Of a DNA stretch of 32,000 bases, positions 8,305-18,544 are shown in pieces. Below the pieces are notes generated by a model that worked only from the letters and a program-made list of their open reading frames with translations, did not search any database and was not told where the DNA came from. Position 1 is the first letter of the stretch, and every line of letters starts with the position of its first letter. The DNA comes from Flavobacterium agricola (GTDB lineage: Bacteria > Bacteroidota > Bacteroidia > Flavobacteriales > Flavobacteriaceae): NCBI RefSeq assembly GCF_025919725.1, contig NZ_CP081495.1:2062044-2094043 (forward strand), written 5' to 3'. Made by a program: the position numbers and the translations under genes.

Positions 8305-9234
8305 ATGAATAAATTACTTATAGTAGGGACAGTAGCTTTTGATGCTATTGAAACACCTTTCGGAAAAACAGACAAAATTTTAGGTGGTGCAGGAACTTAT
8401 ATTGGGTTATCTGCTTCACAATTAAACGTAAATTCAGCAATCGTTTCTGTAGTTGGTGGCGATTTCCCTCAAGAATATTTAGATTTATTAACAGCTAAAA
8501 ACATTGACATTTCGGGTATTGAAGTGGTGAAAGAAGGAAAAACTTTTTTCTGGAGCGGCCGTTACCATAACGACATGAATTCTCGTGATACGTTAGAAAC
8601 ACAATTAAACGTTTTAGCTGATTTTAATCCGGTTGTACCTGCAAACTTTACAGATTCTGATGTAGTTATGTTAGGAAACTTACACCCGTTAATTCAAACC
8701 TCAGTTTTAAATCAATTAACAGCTAAACCAAAATTAGTAGTTTTAGATACTATGAACTTTTGGATGGATTGTGCTTTACCAGAATTATTAGACGTAATTA
8801 AACGCGTGGACGTAATTACGATTAATGATGAAGAAGCACGTCAACTTTCTGGTGAATATTCATTAGTTAAAGCAGCGGCTAAAATTCATACAATGGGTCC
8901 AGAATTTGTTGTTATTAAAAAAGGAGAGCACGGCGCTTTGCTTTTCCATAACGAAAATGTATTCTTTGCACCGGCTTTACCATTAAAAGAAGTTTTTGAT
9001 CCAACAGGAGCAGGTGATACATTTGCTGGAGGTTTTTCTGGCTACATTGCTCAGAGCGAAAATATCTCGTTTGACAACATGAAAAATGCAATTATCTACG
9101 GTTCTACCTTAGCATCTTTCTGTGTTGAAAAGTTTGGTACAGAACGTATGGAAAACTTAACAAGCGACGAAGTAAAAGCACGCTTGCAACAATTTAAAGC
9201 TTTAACTCATTACGACATTGAGCTAACAAAATAA
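8305..9234 (+). CDS. PfkB-family carbohydrate/nucleoside kinase
   Basis: 309 aa with the PfkB signature DPTGAGDTFAGGF and N-terminal GGAGTY. Confidence 0.85.
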   Translation: MNKLLIVGTVAFDAIETPFGKTDKILGGAGTYIGLSASQLNVNSAIVSVVGGDFPQEYLDLLTAKNIDISGIEVVKEGKTFFWSGRYHNDMNSRDTLETQLNVLADFNPVVPANFTDSDVVMLGNLHPLIQTSVLNQLTAKPKLVVLDTMNFWMDCALPELLDVIKRVDVITINDEEARQLSGEYSLVKAAAKIHTMGPEFVVIKKGEHGALLFHNENVFFAPALPLKEVFDPTGAGDTFAGGFSGYIAQSENISFDNMKNAIIYGSTLASFCVEKFGTERMENLTSDEVKARLQQFKALTHYDIELTK

Positions 9235-9240
9235 TTTATA

Positions 9241-9264
9241 AGCCACCTTGTGTGGCTTTTTTTG
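9241..9264 (+). terminator. Rho-independent terminator after the PfkB kinase gene
   Basis: AGCCAC-CTTGT-GTGGCT followed by TTTTTTT. Confidence 0.65.
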
Positions 9265-9298
9265 ACTATAAATACCAAAAACAAACAACACAACAACA

Positions 9299-11197
9299 AT
9301 GAGCGACGCATTAAAACACGAATGTGGAATTGCACTTTTACGATTAAAAAAACCGTTAGAATTCTATAAAGAAAAATACGGAACAGCTTTTTATGGCGTG
9401 CAAAAAATGTATTTATTACTAGAAAAACAACACAACCGCGGACAAGACGGAGCTGGTTTGGCTAGTATTAAATTTGACATGGAACCCGGAGCACGTTATA
9501 TAAGCAGAATCCGCTCAAACCAAGCTGCGCCAATTCAAGATATTTTTAAACAAATTAACGAACGCATCAATACCGATTTAGAACAAAATCCGGACAAAGC
9601 GAACGATGTAGCTTGGCAAAAAAACAACGTACCTTACATTGGCGAAGTATTTTTAGGCCACGTACGTTACGGAACTTTTGGTAAAAACTCAATAGAAAAC
9701 GTACATCCATTTTTACGTCAAAACAACTGGATGCACCGCAATTTAATAGTTGCCGGAAACTTTAACTTAACCAATGTTAAAGAATTATTTAGCGATTTGG
9801 TACGTTTAGGACAGCATCCTAAAGAAATGGCAGATACGGTAACGGTTATGGAAAAAATTGGTCATTTTTTAGATGACGAAGTAACCGATTTGTATTTAGA
9901 ATGTAAAAACGAAGGTTTATCAAAACGCGAAGCTTCACCAGAAATAGCAAACCGTTTAGATATTGCTCGCATTTTACGTCGTGCCTCTAAAAACTGGGAC
10001 GGTGGTTATGCCATGGCAGGTTTATTAGGGCATGGTGATGCGTTTGTAACGCGTGATCCGGCAGGTGTACGTCCAGCATTTTATTATGAAGATGATGAAA
10101 TTGTCGTGGTAACTTCTGAACGTCCGGTTATTCAAACCGTTTTTAACGTGCCCTACAACGAAATTAAAGAAATTACCCCAGGGCATGCTTTAATTATTAA
10201 AAAAGACGGAACCGTAATTGACGCTAAAATTAGAGAACAATTACCTTTAAAAGCTTGTACTTTTGAAAGAATATATTTTTCTCGTGGAAATGATGCCCAA
10301 ATTTACCAAGAACGCAAAGATTTAGGTAAATTAATCATGCCACAAGTTTTAGAAGCCATAGATTTTGATACCGATAATTCGGTTTTTTCATACATTCCAA
10401 ACACGGCAGAAACATCGTTTTTTGGTATGGTAAGCGCTGCACAAGATTTTTTAAATCAGCGTAAAATAAAAGCCATTTTAGAGAACCAAAACAACTTAAA
10501 CGAAGATTTGTTGCAAGATGTACTTTCGGTTAAAATTCGTACAGAAAAAATAGCAATTAAAGATGCAAAACTACGTACGTTTATTACCGAAGATTCATCA
10601 CGTGATGATTTAGTTGCACACGTTTACGACGTAACTTATGGCGTAGTAAAACCAACTGACAACTTAGTTATTATTGATGATAGTATTGTGCGCGGTACTA
10701 CATTAAAAAATTCGATTATAAAAATGCTAGATCGTTTACAGCCCAAACAAATTGTGGTTGTTTCATCGGCACCGCAAATTCGTTACCCGGATTGCTATGG
10801 GATTGATATGGCCAAGTTAGAAGGTTTAATTGCTTTTCAGGCAACCTTAGCGTTATTAAAAGAGCGCAACTTATATCATTTAATTGAAGAAGTTTATCAA
10901 AAATCTAAAGCGCAAGAAAATTTACCGGATGATGAGATTGTAAACCACGTAAAAACAATTTACGAACCGTTTACAGATCAGGAAATTTCTGATAAAATAG
11001 CTGAATTGGTTACACCAAAAGATATTCAATCTCCGGTTAAAATTATTTTCCAATCGGTAAGCAACTTACATAAAGCTTGTCCAGATAATTTAGGTGATTG
11101 GTATTTTACGGGTGATTATCCTACAGCAGGCGGAAATCGCGTAGTAAATAAAGCTTTTATAAACTTTTACGAAGGCAACAACGACAGAGCTTATTAA
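9299..11197 (+). CDS. purF: Amidophosphoribosyltransferase, long (632 aa) form
   Basis: Ntn-type N-terminus MSDALKHE-CGIALL, the PRPP loop VIIDDSIVRGTT and C-terminal YFTGDYPT. Confidence 0.9.
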   Translation: MSDALKHECGIALLRLKKPLEFYKEKYGTAFYGVQKMYLLLEKQHNRGQDGAGLASIKFDMEPGARYISRIRSNQAAPIQDIFKQINERINTDLEQNPDKANDVAWQKNNVPYIGEVFLGHVRYGTFGKNSIENVHPFLRQNNWMHRNLIVAGNFNLTNVKELFSDLVRLGQHPKEMADTVTVMEKIGHFLDDEVTDLYLECKNEGLSKREASPEIANRLDIARILRRASKNWDGGYAMAGLLGHGDAFVTRDPAGVRPAFYYEDDEIVVVTSERPVIQTVFNVPYNEIKEITPGHALIIKKDGTVIDAKIREQLPLKACTFERIYFSRGNDAQIYQERKDLGKLIMPQVLEAIDFDTDNSVFSYIPNTAETSFFGMVSAAQDFLNQRKIKAILENQNNLNEDLLQDVLSVKIRTEKIAIKDAKLRTFITEDSSRDDLVAHVYDVTYGVVKPTDNLVIIDDSIVRGTTLKNSIIKMLDRLQPKQIVVVSSAPQIRYPDCYGIDMAKLEGLIAFQATLALLKERNLYHLIEEVYQKSKAQENLPDDEIVNHVKTIYEPFTDQEISDKIAELVTPKDIQSPVKIIFQSVSNLHKACPDNLGDWYFTGDYPTAGGNRVVNKAFINFYEGNNDRAY

Positions 11198-11207
11198 TAA
11201 ATTCATA

Positions 11208-11240
11208 ATAAAAAACCGATGCTTTAACATCGGTTTTTTT
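11208..11240. terminator. Bidirectional terminator between convergent purF and the M23 peptidase gene
   Basis: A-run, CCGATG-CTTTAA-CATCGG, then T-run. Confidence 0.75.
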
Positions 11241-11241
11241 A

Positions 11242-12513
11242 TTATAAGTTTTTCACCCAATGGGAAGGATTCATTTTTTCAGTGTTTTTATACACATAAA
11301 AGTTTAAAACCGTACGTCCGTTAGATGGAATGTGGATGCGCCCTAAATCTTGCTTGGCAGTAACTTTATCACCAACTTTAACCGACACGGTACTTAAGTT
11401 TTTGTATAAAGTAAAATATTCTCCGTGCTGAACCAAAATAGCCTTCGTGTTTCCTAAAACTTGAATTTGAATTACTTCGCCATCAAAAACAGCACGTGCA
11501 TTACTTCCGTTTTCAACTTTAATTTCAACCCCACCATTATCAATGGTTAAGTTTGAATATACAGGATGCGGCTGGATACCGAATTTAGACGAAACATACC
11601 CATTTTCTACCGGCCAAGGTAATTTACCTTTATTGTTTTTAAAATTATTCGATATAATTTCGCCTTCTTTATCTAATACAACTTTAGCAGAACTTGCTGT
11701 AGTTGTATTTGTTTTGGACTTAGAAGATGAATTGGCTGCTGCGGCCTTACGGCGGGCTTCTTCTGCTTTTTTGCGGTTGGCTTCGGCAATTGCTTTACGC
11801 ACCAATTCGTCAATTTCTTTTTGAATTTGTTTTGACTGCTGCTGCTTTTTGGTTATTTCGGCAGTATATTTTCGTTTGTTCTTTTTAATTTCGGCAACTA
11901 ACTTTTCATTTTTCTTTTTCTCTTCAGATAAAAGTTGTTTGTTTTTTTCGTTAGCTTCTATAATTGCAATTTTTTTAGCACGTTGCAATTCTAATTCAAT
12001 TTTTTGCGCTTTAACTTGTTCGTTTTTTTCTTGAATTTCGTCGCCTTGAATTTTACGGTAACTTGCATAGTACTTCATGTACTGAATGCGTTTGTACGCT
12101 TGTAAAAAATTTTCGGAAGAAAGCACAAACATAATTCGGCTTTTTTCGTTTCGGCTTTTGTACGATTTTACAATGGTATTTTTATAATCTTCTTTTAAAG
12201 CGTTTAATTCGGCAGTTAAAACATTTATTTGTTTTTGGGTGTTGTAAATATTATCATCTAAAAACTTGGTTTCACGTTCTGCCGTGGTAATTAAATCTTC
12301 TATAATTGCTATTTTTTCTTCAGATGCTTTTAAATCGGCCAACACATCCTTTTCTTTACTTGCTTCAATATTTAGTTTAGAATTGGCAATACGAATTTCG
12401 TTAAGCAATTGTGCTTTACGTTTTTCGAGTTGTTGTTGCTGTGCAGATGTTTGTTGCCCCCAAGCAATATGGGTTAAGCTTATAAAAGCGAGAGAAAAAA
12501 ATAATTTATACAT
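11242..12513 (-). CDS. Secreted M23/LytM-domain peptidase with a long N-terminal coiled coil (EnvC-like architecture)
   Basis: 423 aa. It has a signal peptide (SLTHIAWGQQ), about 250 aa rich in K/E/Q heptad-like sequence, and a C-terminal LytM-type beta domain (VLVQHGEYFTLYKNLSTVSVKVGDKV). Confidence 0.8.
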   Translation of the reverse strand: MYKLFFSLAFISLTHIAWGQQTSAQQQQLEKRKAQLLNEIRIANSKLNIEASKEKDVLADLKASEEKIAIIEDLITTAERETKFLDDNIYNTQKQINVLTAELNALKEDYKNTIVKSYKSRNEKSRIMFVLSSENFLQAYKRIQYMKYYASYRKIQGDEIQEKNEQVKAQKIELELQRAKKIAIIEANEKNKQLLSEEKKKNEKLVAEIKKNKRKYTAEITKKQQQSKQIQKEIDELVRKAIAEANRKKAEEARRKAAAANSSSKSKTNTTTASSAKVVLDKEGEIISNNFKNNKGKLPWPVENGYVSSKFGIQPHPVYSNLTIDNGGVEIKVENGSNARAVFDGEVIQIQVLGNTKAILVQHGEYFTLYKNLSTVSVKVGDKVTAKQDLGRIHIPSNGRTVLNFYVYKNTEKMNPSHWVKNL

Positions 12514-12530
12514 TTAATTTACGCTTACTT

Positions 12531-13313
12531 TTATTCTGTAACCAATTGAATTTGTTTAAATCCGTTAGGAATTTCGTATTTAAACGAAACATTATCGTTA
12601 ACAGAAACAGAATTGTATTTAATATCTATTTGAACCGGATTTTCTTGTTCGGCAACAATAGCAATTGTTGCGGGCAAAAATATTCCTTGAGTTGCTTTAT
12701 AATCGGTGTAATTTAAAACTACCTGGCGGTTTTCGTCAGGCTGTTTCAGCGTGGTTTTTAGTAACAAATAATTTAAATCTTCGAAAAACGATTCGTTAAT
12801 AACTCCATCACGCGTTTTGTATTTTATTTTATGCAATCCGTTATCTAAAGCTGTTACAAAGTTAACCTGATTTAAATCGTAAATGGATTTTCCTAAAAAT
12901 ATATTTTGCACTTTGGTATAATCTAAATCTACCCCCAACCAATTGGATAAAATTTGATAGTTTCCATCAAAATATTGTCCGTTAAAGCTGTCGTAATACG
13001 AAACGCGGTCGGGCGTGATTAATGCCTTAACAAAGGTAATGCCCAAAAAACGAACCACAACTAAAATTTGTTTGTCTTTTTCTATTCTAATATCAGCGCT
13101 TGCGCTTTGATCTAGCTTTTTATCTTTAAATTTTATAGCTGTTCTGATGTTTAAGGTATTAAAATCAGTTGGAATTGCATAATGTTTGGTTGCCAATTCG
13201 GATTTAGAAATGCGCGAAGTTGCTTCGGCAGTTTCTACAGCCGTTTTTTTAGATGAACATGCAGTTAAAATAAAAAGAGAACAAAAAAGGTATGCAAATT
13301 TTTTAATCATCAT
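12531..13313 (-). CDS. DUF4292-family (LolB-like fold) lipoprotein
   Basis: 260 aa with a lipobox (FILTAC). The body resembles DUF4292 proteins. Its start overlaps the stop of the upstream TPR gene. Confidence 0.65.
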   Translation of the reverse strand: MMIKKFAYLFCSLFILTACSSKKTAVETAEATSRISKSELATKHYAIPTDFNTLNIRTAIKFKDKKLDQSASADIRIEKDKQILVVVRFLGITFVKALITPDRVSYYDSFNGQYFDGNYQILSNWLGVDLDYTKVQNIFLGKSIYDLNQVNFVTALDNGLHKIKYKTRDGVINESFFEDLNYLLLKTTLKQPDENRQVVLNYTDYKATQGIFLPATIAIVAEQENPVQIDIKYNSVSVNDNVSFKYEIPNGFKQIQLVTE

Positions 13314-14641
13314 GGGTTAAGAATTTTATTGGCTTTTATAAAATACGTTTCTTTTTGCTTTTCATTACCTAACTTATGGTAACATTCGCCCATTTGAATA
13401 TAAATATTAGCTTCTAACGCATCATCATCAAACAAATAAGTCAAAGCTTCATCAAAACTTTGTAATGCCTTTTTAGGCTCGTTTGAGTTTACTTGTGCAA
13501 TACCTAAATAATAATACAACTTGGCTTCTGCCGGATAAAGTTCTATATATTTTTTGGTCGCAATTGCCGCTTGCGCGTAGTTTTTATTGGCTAGAAAATT
13601 TTGAATTAAAAGCGTTTGCAATACCACATCGTTCGGGTTGTTTTGTAAACCTTTTTCCAGATAAACTTGCGCTACGTTAAATTTATTTTTGTTGTAAAAA
13701 AATACACCAACTTCTTTAGGAACATTAATAATATCTTGATTTTTAAATAAATCTACCACCGAAACCAAATCGGTTTCGTACTTTGGGTTTGCATTTACAA
13801 AAATTAAATATTCATTAAAAATACGGTGTTTTAGCAATTCGTGCACCGTGTTGCTGGTAATAGCAGCGTTTAAATGTTGTAACGCTGTTGCATAATTATT
13901 GGCTTGTAAAGCAGAACGAAATTGCGTTACATGCCCCCAATCTGAGTTTGGTACATGTTGTACCAATTGATTTATGGTTTGATACGTTTTATCGTAATCT
14001 TCGTCATGCAAATAATTGGTAATTAATTCTTCGTACGCGGTTTCGTCAGCCGGATTAATTTGTGTTGCTTGTTTAAAATCGGCTTTCACTTTTTTAGTAA
14101 ACTTCAGCTCAGATTCTGCCTGAAATTTAAAACGTTGCATGGCCGGAGATAATTTGCCACGTTTTTCTAATTCGTCTAACAAAACTAAAGCCTTATCATA
14201 TTCTTTAGCATAAACGTACAACGAAACTAAATCGTCGGTATATTCCGGATCCATTTCGGCTATTTTAACTGCAATAGGAATTGCTTTTTTAAAATCTTTA
14301 GTTGTATAAAAAAGCTTGTACAAATCAATCCAATACCATTTTTGGTTGGCACTTAATGAAATGGCTTTTTCATAAGCCAATTCGGCCTGGTAATAATCTT
14401 TTAAAGCAAAGTAATTTTTACCTAATTGATTGTAAAAAACAGCATTTTCGGGCTGTTTTTGAACGTTTTTTTGAAGTAAAACAATGGCTTTATCGTAATT
14501 TTCGATCGCTTTTTGAGAAATGGCTTCGTAAAAATTATTTTCAATTTCGTCCGCAACATTTTCACCCGGTATTTGTGCCGTAGCTACAAAACCGGAAAGC
14601 AAGAAATAAAAAACGATAAAGCGCGATTTTACTTGCATCAT
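13310..14641 (-). CDS. Secreted tetratricopeptide-repeat protein
   Basis: 443 aa with a signal peptide (GFVATAQ) and repeated TPR-like A/Y/L patterns (e.g. YNQLGKNYFALKDYYQAELAYEKAI). Confidence 0.75.
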   Translation of the reverse strand: MMQVKSRFIVFYFLLSGFVATAQIPGENVADEIENNFYEAISQKAIENYDKAIVLLQKNVQKQPENAVFYNQLGKNYFALKDYYQAELAYEKAISLSANQKWYWIDLYKLFYTTKDFKKAIPIAVKIAEMDPEYTDDLVSLYVYAKEYDKALVLLDELEKRGKLSPAMQRFKFQAESELKFTKKVKADFKQATQINPADETAYEELITNYLHDEDYDKTYQTINQLVQHVPNSDWGHVTQFRSALQANNYATALQHLNAAITSNTVHELLKHRIFNEYLIFVNANPKYETDLVSVVDLFKNQDIINVPKEVGVFFYNKNKFNVAQVYLEKGLQNNPNDVVLQTLLIQNFLANKNYAQAAIATKKYIELYPAEAKLYYYLGIAQVNSNEPKKALQSFDEALTYLFDDDALEANIYIQMGECYHKLGNEKQKETYFIKANKILNP

Positions 14642-14643
14642 AT

Positions 14644-15654
14644 TTAATCTAAAACGCTATAATCACCAATGCTAATTGAGGTGAATTTACCATTAAATGC
14701 CGCATGATTACCAATCATTGAATTGGTCAATTGTGCATTAGTAATGGTTGCGTTGTTTTGAATTAACGAGTTATTTATGGTTGCATTTTCGATAACCGAA
14801 TTGGCTCCAACCGACACATTTGGCCCAATAGTAGCGTTTTTAAGTACTACATTTTCGCCCACATAACACGGTTGAATAATTTTTGCGTTTTCTAATACCA
14901 CATTATTGGCAACTAAATTTTGTCCGTCTTGGTGTAAAAAGTTTAACATGCGCGAATTGGTTTCTACAGTAACATTTTTGTTTCCACAATCCATCCATTC
15001 GTCCACTTTGCCCGGTTTAAAAAGTAAACCTTTTTGCTTCATGTTTTCTAACGCATCGGTTAACTGATATTCTCCGCCTTTGATAATGTTGTTATCTAAT
15101 AAATATTCTAATTCGGCACGTAAATTTTCGCCCGATTTGAAATAATAAATCCCGATAATGGCTAAATCTGAAATAAATTCTTTTGGTTTTTCAACAAAAT
15201 CAACAATTTCATTTTTATCATTTAGTTGCACCACGCCAAATGCGCTTGGATCTGGAACTGCTTTTACCCAAATAACGCTATCTGCATCGGTTTCTAACGT
15301 AAAATCGGCACGGAATAACGTATCTGCATAAGCAACAACAATATTACCTTGCATGCTTTCTTTAGCACATAAAATTGCGTGAGCTGTTCCTAATGCTTCG
15401 TTTTGGTAATAAATTTTTCCTTTAGAACCTAACTTTTCAGCGATAGCTAATAAATCTGCTTCTACAGCTTTACCAAAGCTTTCGTGAATAATAAAAGCAA
15501 TTTCTTCTATTTCTTGATTGATAACGCTAGCAATATCTTCGACCAAACGATGTACGATTGGTTTACCTGCAATAGGAATTAATGGTTTTGGAACCGTTAA
15601 TGTATGTGGTCTTAATCGGGAACCACGGCCCGCCATTGGTACAATTATTCTCAT
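14644..15654 (-). CDS. Sugar-phosphate nucleotidyltransferase with a C-terminal left-handed beta-helix
   Basis: MRIIVPMAGRGSRLRPHT (G-x-G-x-R nucleotidyltransferase loop) plus C-terminal hexapeptide repeats (NATIGPNVSVGANSVIENATINNS). The ATG at 15654 is preferred; the track's 15756 start would overlap dut by about 95 nt. Confidence 0.8.
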   Translation of the reverse strand: MRIIVPMAGRGSRLRPHTLTVPKPLIPIAGKPIVHRLVEDIASVINQEIEEIAFIIHESFGKAVEADLLAIAEKLGSKGKIYYQNEALGTAHAILCAKESMQGNIVVAYADTLFRADFTLETDADSVIWVKAVPDPSAFGVVQLNDKNEIVDFVEKPKEFISDLAIIGIYYFKSGENLRAELEYLLDNNIIKGGEYQLTDALENMKQKGLLFKPGKVDEWMDCGNKNVTVETNSRMLNFLHQDGQNLVANNVVLENAKIIQPCYVGENVVLKNATIGPNVSVGANSVIENATINNSLIQNNATITNAQLTNSMIGNHAAFNGKFTSISIGDYSVLD

Positions 15655-15661
15655 ATTTATA

Positions 15662-16096
15662 TTATTTAACGCCCGTACTACCAAATCCGCCTGCTCCGCG
15701 TTCTGTTTCAGAAAGCGCTTCGGCAACTTGCCATTCGGCACGTTCGTGTTTTGCAATTACAATTTGAGCGATGCGCTCACCATCTTCAATAACAAAATCT
15801 TCGTTAGAAAGATTAACTAATATTACCCCAACTTCGCCGCGGTAATCTGCATCAATTGTTCCGGGGCTATTTAAGCAGGTAATTCCTTTTTTAATTGCCA
15901 ATCCGGAACGCGGACGTACTTGTGCCTCGTAACCTTTCGGAAGCTCAATAAAAAGGCCTGTTTTAACTAATGTACGTGCTAATGGAGCAAGCACAATAGG
16001 TTCGTCAATATTCGCACGGATATCCATTCCGGCAGAAAGTTCCGTTTCGTAACTTGGTAACGGATGTTTTGATTTATTTATAACTTTAATTTTCAT
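15662..16096 (-). CDS. dut: dUTP diphosphatase
   Basis: 144 aa with the motifs [25 protein letters not shown] and GGFGSTG. Confidence 0.95.
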   Translation of the reverse strand: MKIKVINKSKHPLPSYETELSAGMDIRANIDEPIVLAPLARTLVKTGLFIELPKGYEAQVRPRSGLAIKKGITCLNSPGTIDADYRGEVGVILVNLSNEDFVIEDGERIAQIVIAKHERAEWQVAEALSETERGAGGFGSTGVK

Positions 16097-16124
16097 AAGT
16101 AATTATATGCGATTCAAGATTATA

Positions 16125-17573
16125 TTATCCTTTTTTTAAAGATAGTAATTGTTTTAGTAAAGGCCGTTCGTTCCAACCAATAATTGCAACTAATATGACC
16201 ACAAAAATAAAGCCAATTATATAATTTTCTCTAAATTGATAGAAATAAACGAAAGATAATAGAGTAGAAGAGCCTAAATATAAACTTATCGCTTTTTTAT
16301 CGTACGGAATTGGGTAATTTTTTTGCCCTAGTAGGTAAGAAGTATACATCATAAACGCATAAACCAATAATGTTGCCATGGCACAACCTAAAATTCCGAA
16401 ATGCGGAATAAGCAAGAAGTTAAAAGCAAACGTACCAATAGCGCCCAAAATAGAAATGTACATACCAACTTTGGTTTTGTCTTGAATTTTGTACCAAACC
16501 GATAAATTGGTATAAATGCCCAACATTAAATTGGCAAGAATTATGTACGGAACAATTTCCATTGCAGACCAATATGCCTGTTTAGGAATCATGATGATTT
16601 TTAAAATATCTGCACAAACAACAATAACTAACATAACTAAAGACCCGAATAACACAAAATATTTAGTTACGGTTGCATATTTAATTGGTGCATCTTCGTT
16701 TTTAGCATAATTAAAGAAAAAAGGTTCTATACCAAGCGTATATGCCATGCGAAACAAAACCATAAACAACCCAAGCTTATATATGGCTGCGTAACGAGCA
16801 ACCTCGATAATGCCGACATCTTTAGGTAACATCCAATCTAAAATAATTTTATCAAAGCTTTCATTAATAGCAAAAGCCAAACCACCAATCATAACGGGAT
16901 ACGCATAAATAAGCATTTCTTTTGCCAAATGCCAATTAAAGGCAACACGTAAATAACGATACGTTTTAGCAACTAACAACAAACAAACTAAGCTGGCAAT
17001 TAAATTGGCTAGATAGGCATATCCGACCTCGAAGTTTTGAATAAACAAACGCGATTTTGGAAAAAATTGCGGTAAAACATATAAAAAAACAATCGTAAAG
17101 CCCGAGTAAAGTAAAACGTTTGTAATTTTAATACCGGTATAAACTCCAGATTTTTGTTTGGCACGTAATAAAGCAAAAGGCACAACTGCCAATGCATCTA
17201 AAACTAAAATGGCAATAATAAATGCTGTAACTACCGGATCGGTAATGAAATAATTAGAAATGGGTTTTATAAACACAAAAGCTGGAATACAAAATACCAA
17301 ACAAATTCCAAGAATAATATACAGAGCATTACTAATTACTTGTTTTTTATCCTCGTACTTATTATAAAACCTAAAAAAGGCAGTTTCCATACCAAAAGAA
17401 AGGACCACGTTTAAAAACATGAGCCAAGAAAAGATTAAGCTGTAGCTTCCATAGGCATTTTCTGGCATCCAGTTAATGTAATAACGGACCATAATAAAGC
17501 CAATAATTTTAGGAAAAACTGCAGCTAAACCGTAAACTAAGGTTTGCTTAAAAAGCTTGGTATATAAACTCAC
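16125..17573 (-). CDS. MOP-superfamily polysaccharide/oligosaccharide flippase (Wzx-like)
   Basis: 482 aa with about 14 hydrophobic helices. The N-terminus LFKQTLVYGLAAVFPKIIGFIMV is typical of the family. The start codon is GTG. Confidence 0.7.
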   Translation of the reverse strand: MSLYTKLFKQTLVYGLAAVFPKIIGFIMVRYYINWMPENAYGSYSLIFSWLMFLNVVLSFGMETAFFRFYNKYEDKKQVISNALYIILGICLVFCIPAFVFIKPISNYFITDPVVTAFIIAILVLDALAVVPFALLRAKQKSGVYTGIKITNVLLYSGFTIVFLYVLPQFFPKSRLFIQNFEVGYAYLANLIASLVCLLLVAKTYRYLRVAFNWHLAKEMLIYAYPVMIGGLAFAINESFDKIILDWMLPKDVGIIEVARYAAIYKLGLFMVLFRMAYTLGIEPFFFNYAKNEDAPIKYATVTKYFVLFGSLVMLVIVVCADILKIIMIPKQAYWSAMEIVPYIILANLMLGIYTNLSVWYKIQDKTKVGMYISILGAIGTFAFNFLLIPHFGILGCAMATLLVYAFMMYTSYLLGQKNYPIPYDKKAISLYLGSSTLLSFVYFYQFRENYIIGFIFVVILVAIIGWNERPLLKQLLSLKKG

Positions 17574-17611
17574 AAATATTTTTTTATGTAAATGTAAACA
17601 AGGTAGTGAAA

Positions 17612-17643
17612 TAAAAAAAGAGCTAACACAAGTTAGCTCTTTT
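17612..17643 (-). terminator. Rho-independent terminator of the ATP synthase operon
   Basis: Stem AAAGAGCTAAC / GTTAGCTCTTT (11 bp), loop of 4 nt, followed by a T-run on the minus strand. It lies 22 nt downstream of the atpG stop. Confidence 0.8.
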
Positions 17644-17664
17644 AAAATATATCTTAAAATTAAA

Positions 17665-18528
17665 TTAGTTATTTAAAGCTTCTGCTCCACCAACAATTTC
17701 TAAAATTTCATTAGTAATTGCAGCTTGACGTGCTTTATTATAAGTTAATTTTAATTGATCTCTTAAATCTTTAGCGTTATCCGTTGCTTTATGCATTGCT
17801 GTCATACGTGCACCGTGCTCCGAAGCATAAGAATCTCTAATCGCTTTATACAATTGTGTTTTTAATGACTTAGGTATTAAAGTTGTCACAATTTCTTCTT
17901 TAGAAGGCTCATAAATATAATCTAATTCAGTTGCAACAACATCAGCAGATTCGATAGGAGCTAAAGGTAAAAATTGTTCTTCAACCACAACTTGCGTAGC
18001 TGCATTAACAAACTGGTTGTAAACAATAACAATTTTATCGTAAGCACCAGTAAGGAACATATTTGTTAAAGATTCAGCAATTTCAGCAACATTATCAAAC
18101 GTTAAGTTGTCATAAATATCGCTGCGATTTGCAATAACATGTTCTGTTTTAGATAACGATTCGTAAGCTTTTTTACCAATAGCAAAAACAGCAACATTAT
18201 CAGATTTATATTGAGCCGCAATCGTTTTAACTTGTTTTAAAACGTTTGAGTTAAAAGCTCCACATAAACCTCTGTTAGAAGCTAATGCTACAATTAATAC
18301 TTTATTTACTTCGCGCTGCTCTGAATATTTACCAGCTGCATCACCAGTAAGAGAACCGCTTAAGTTTTGTATTAATTCAGTAAGTTTTTCGGCATAAGGG
18401 CGCATGGCAGTAATAGCATCTTGAGCGCGTTTTAATTTAGCAGCAGAAACCATTTTCATCGCAGATGTAATTTGCATCGTAGATGAAACTGAACTAATTC
18501 TATTACGTATTTCCTTTAAGTTTGCCAT
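17665..18528 (-). CDS. atpG: F-type ATP synthase subunit gamma
   Basis: 287 aa with MANLKEIRNRISSVSSTMQITSAMKMVSAAKL and the C-terminus ITNEILEIVGGAEAL. Confidence 0.95.
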   Translation of the reverse strand: MANLKEIRNRISSVSSTMQITSAMKMVSAAKLKRAQDAITAMRPYAEKLTELIQNLSGSLTGDAAGKYSEQREVNKVLIVALASNRGLCGAFNSNVLKQVKTIAAQYKSDNVAVFAIGKKAYESLSKTEHVIANRSDIYDNLTFDNVAEIAESLTNMFLTGAYDKIVIVYNQFVNAATQVVVEEQFLPLAPIESADVVATELDYIYEPSKEEIVTTLIPKSLKTQLYKAIRDSYASEHGARMTAMHKATDNAKDLRDQLKLTYNKARQAAITNEILEIVGGAEALNN

Positions 18529-18544
18529 TTTATAACTTGTAATT

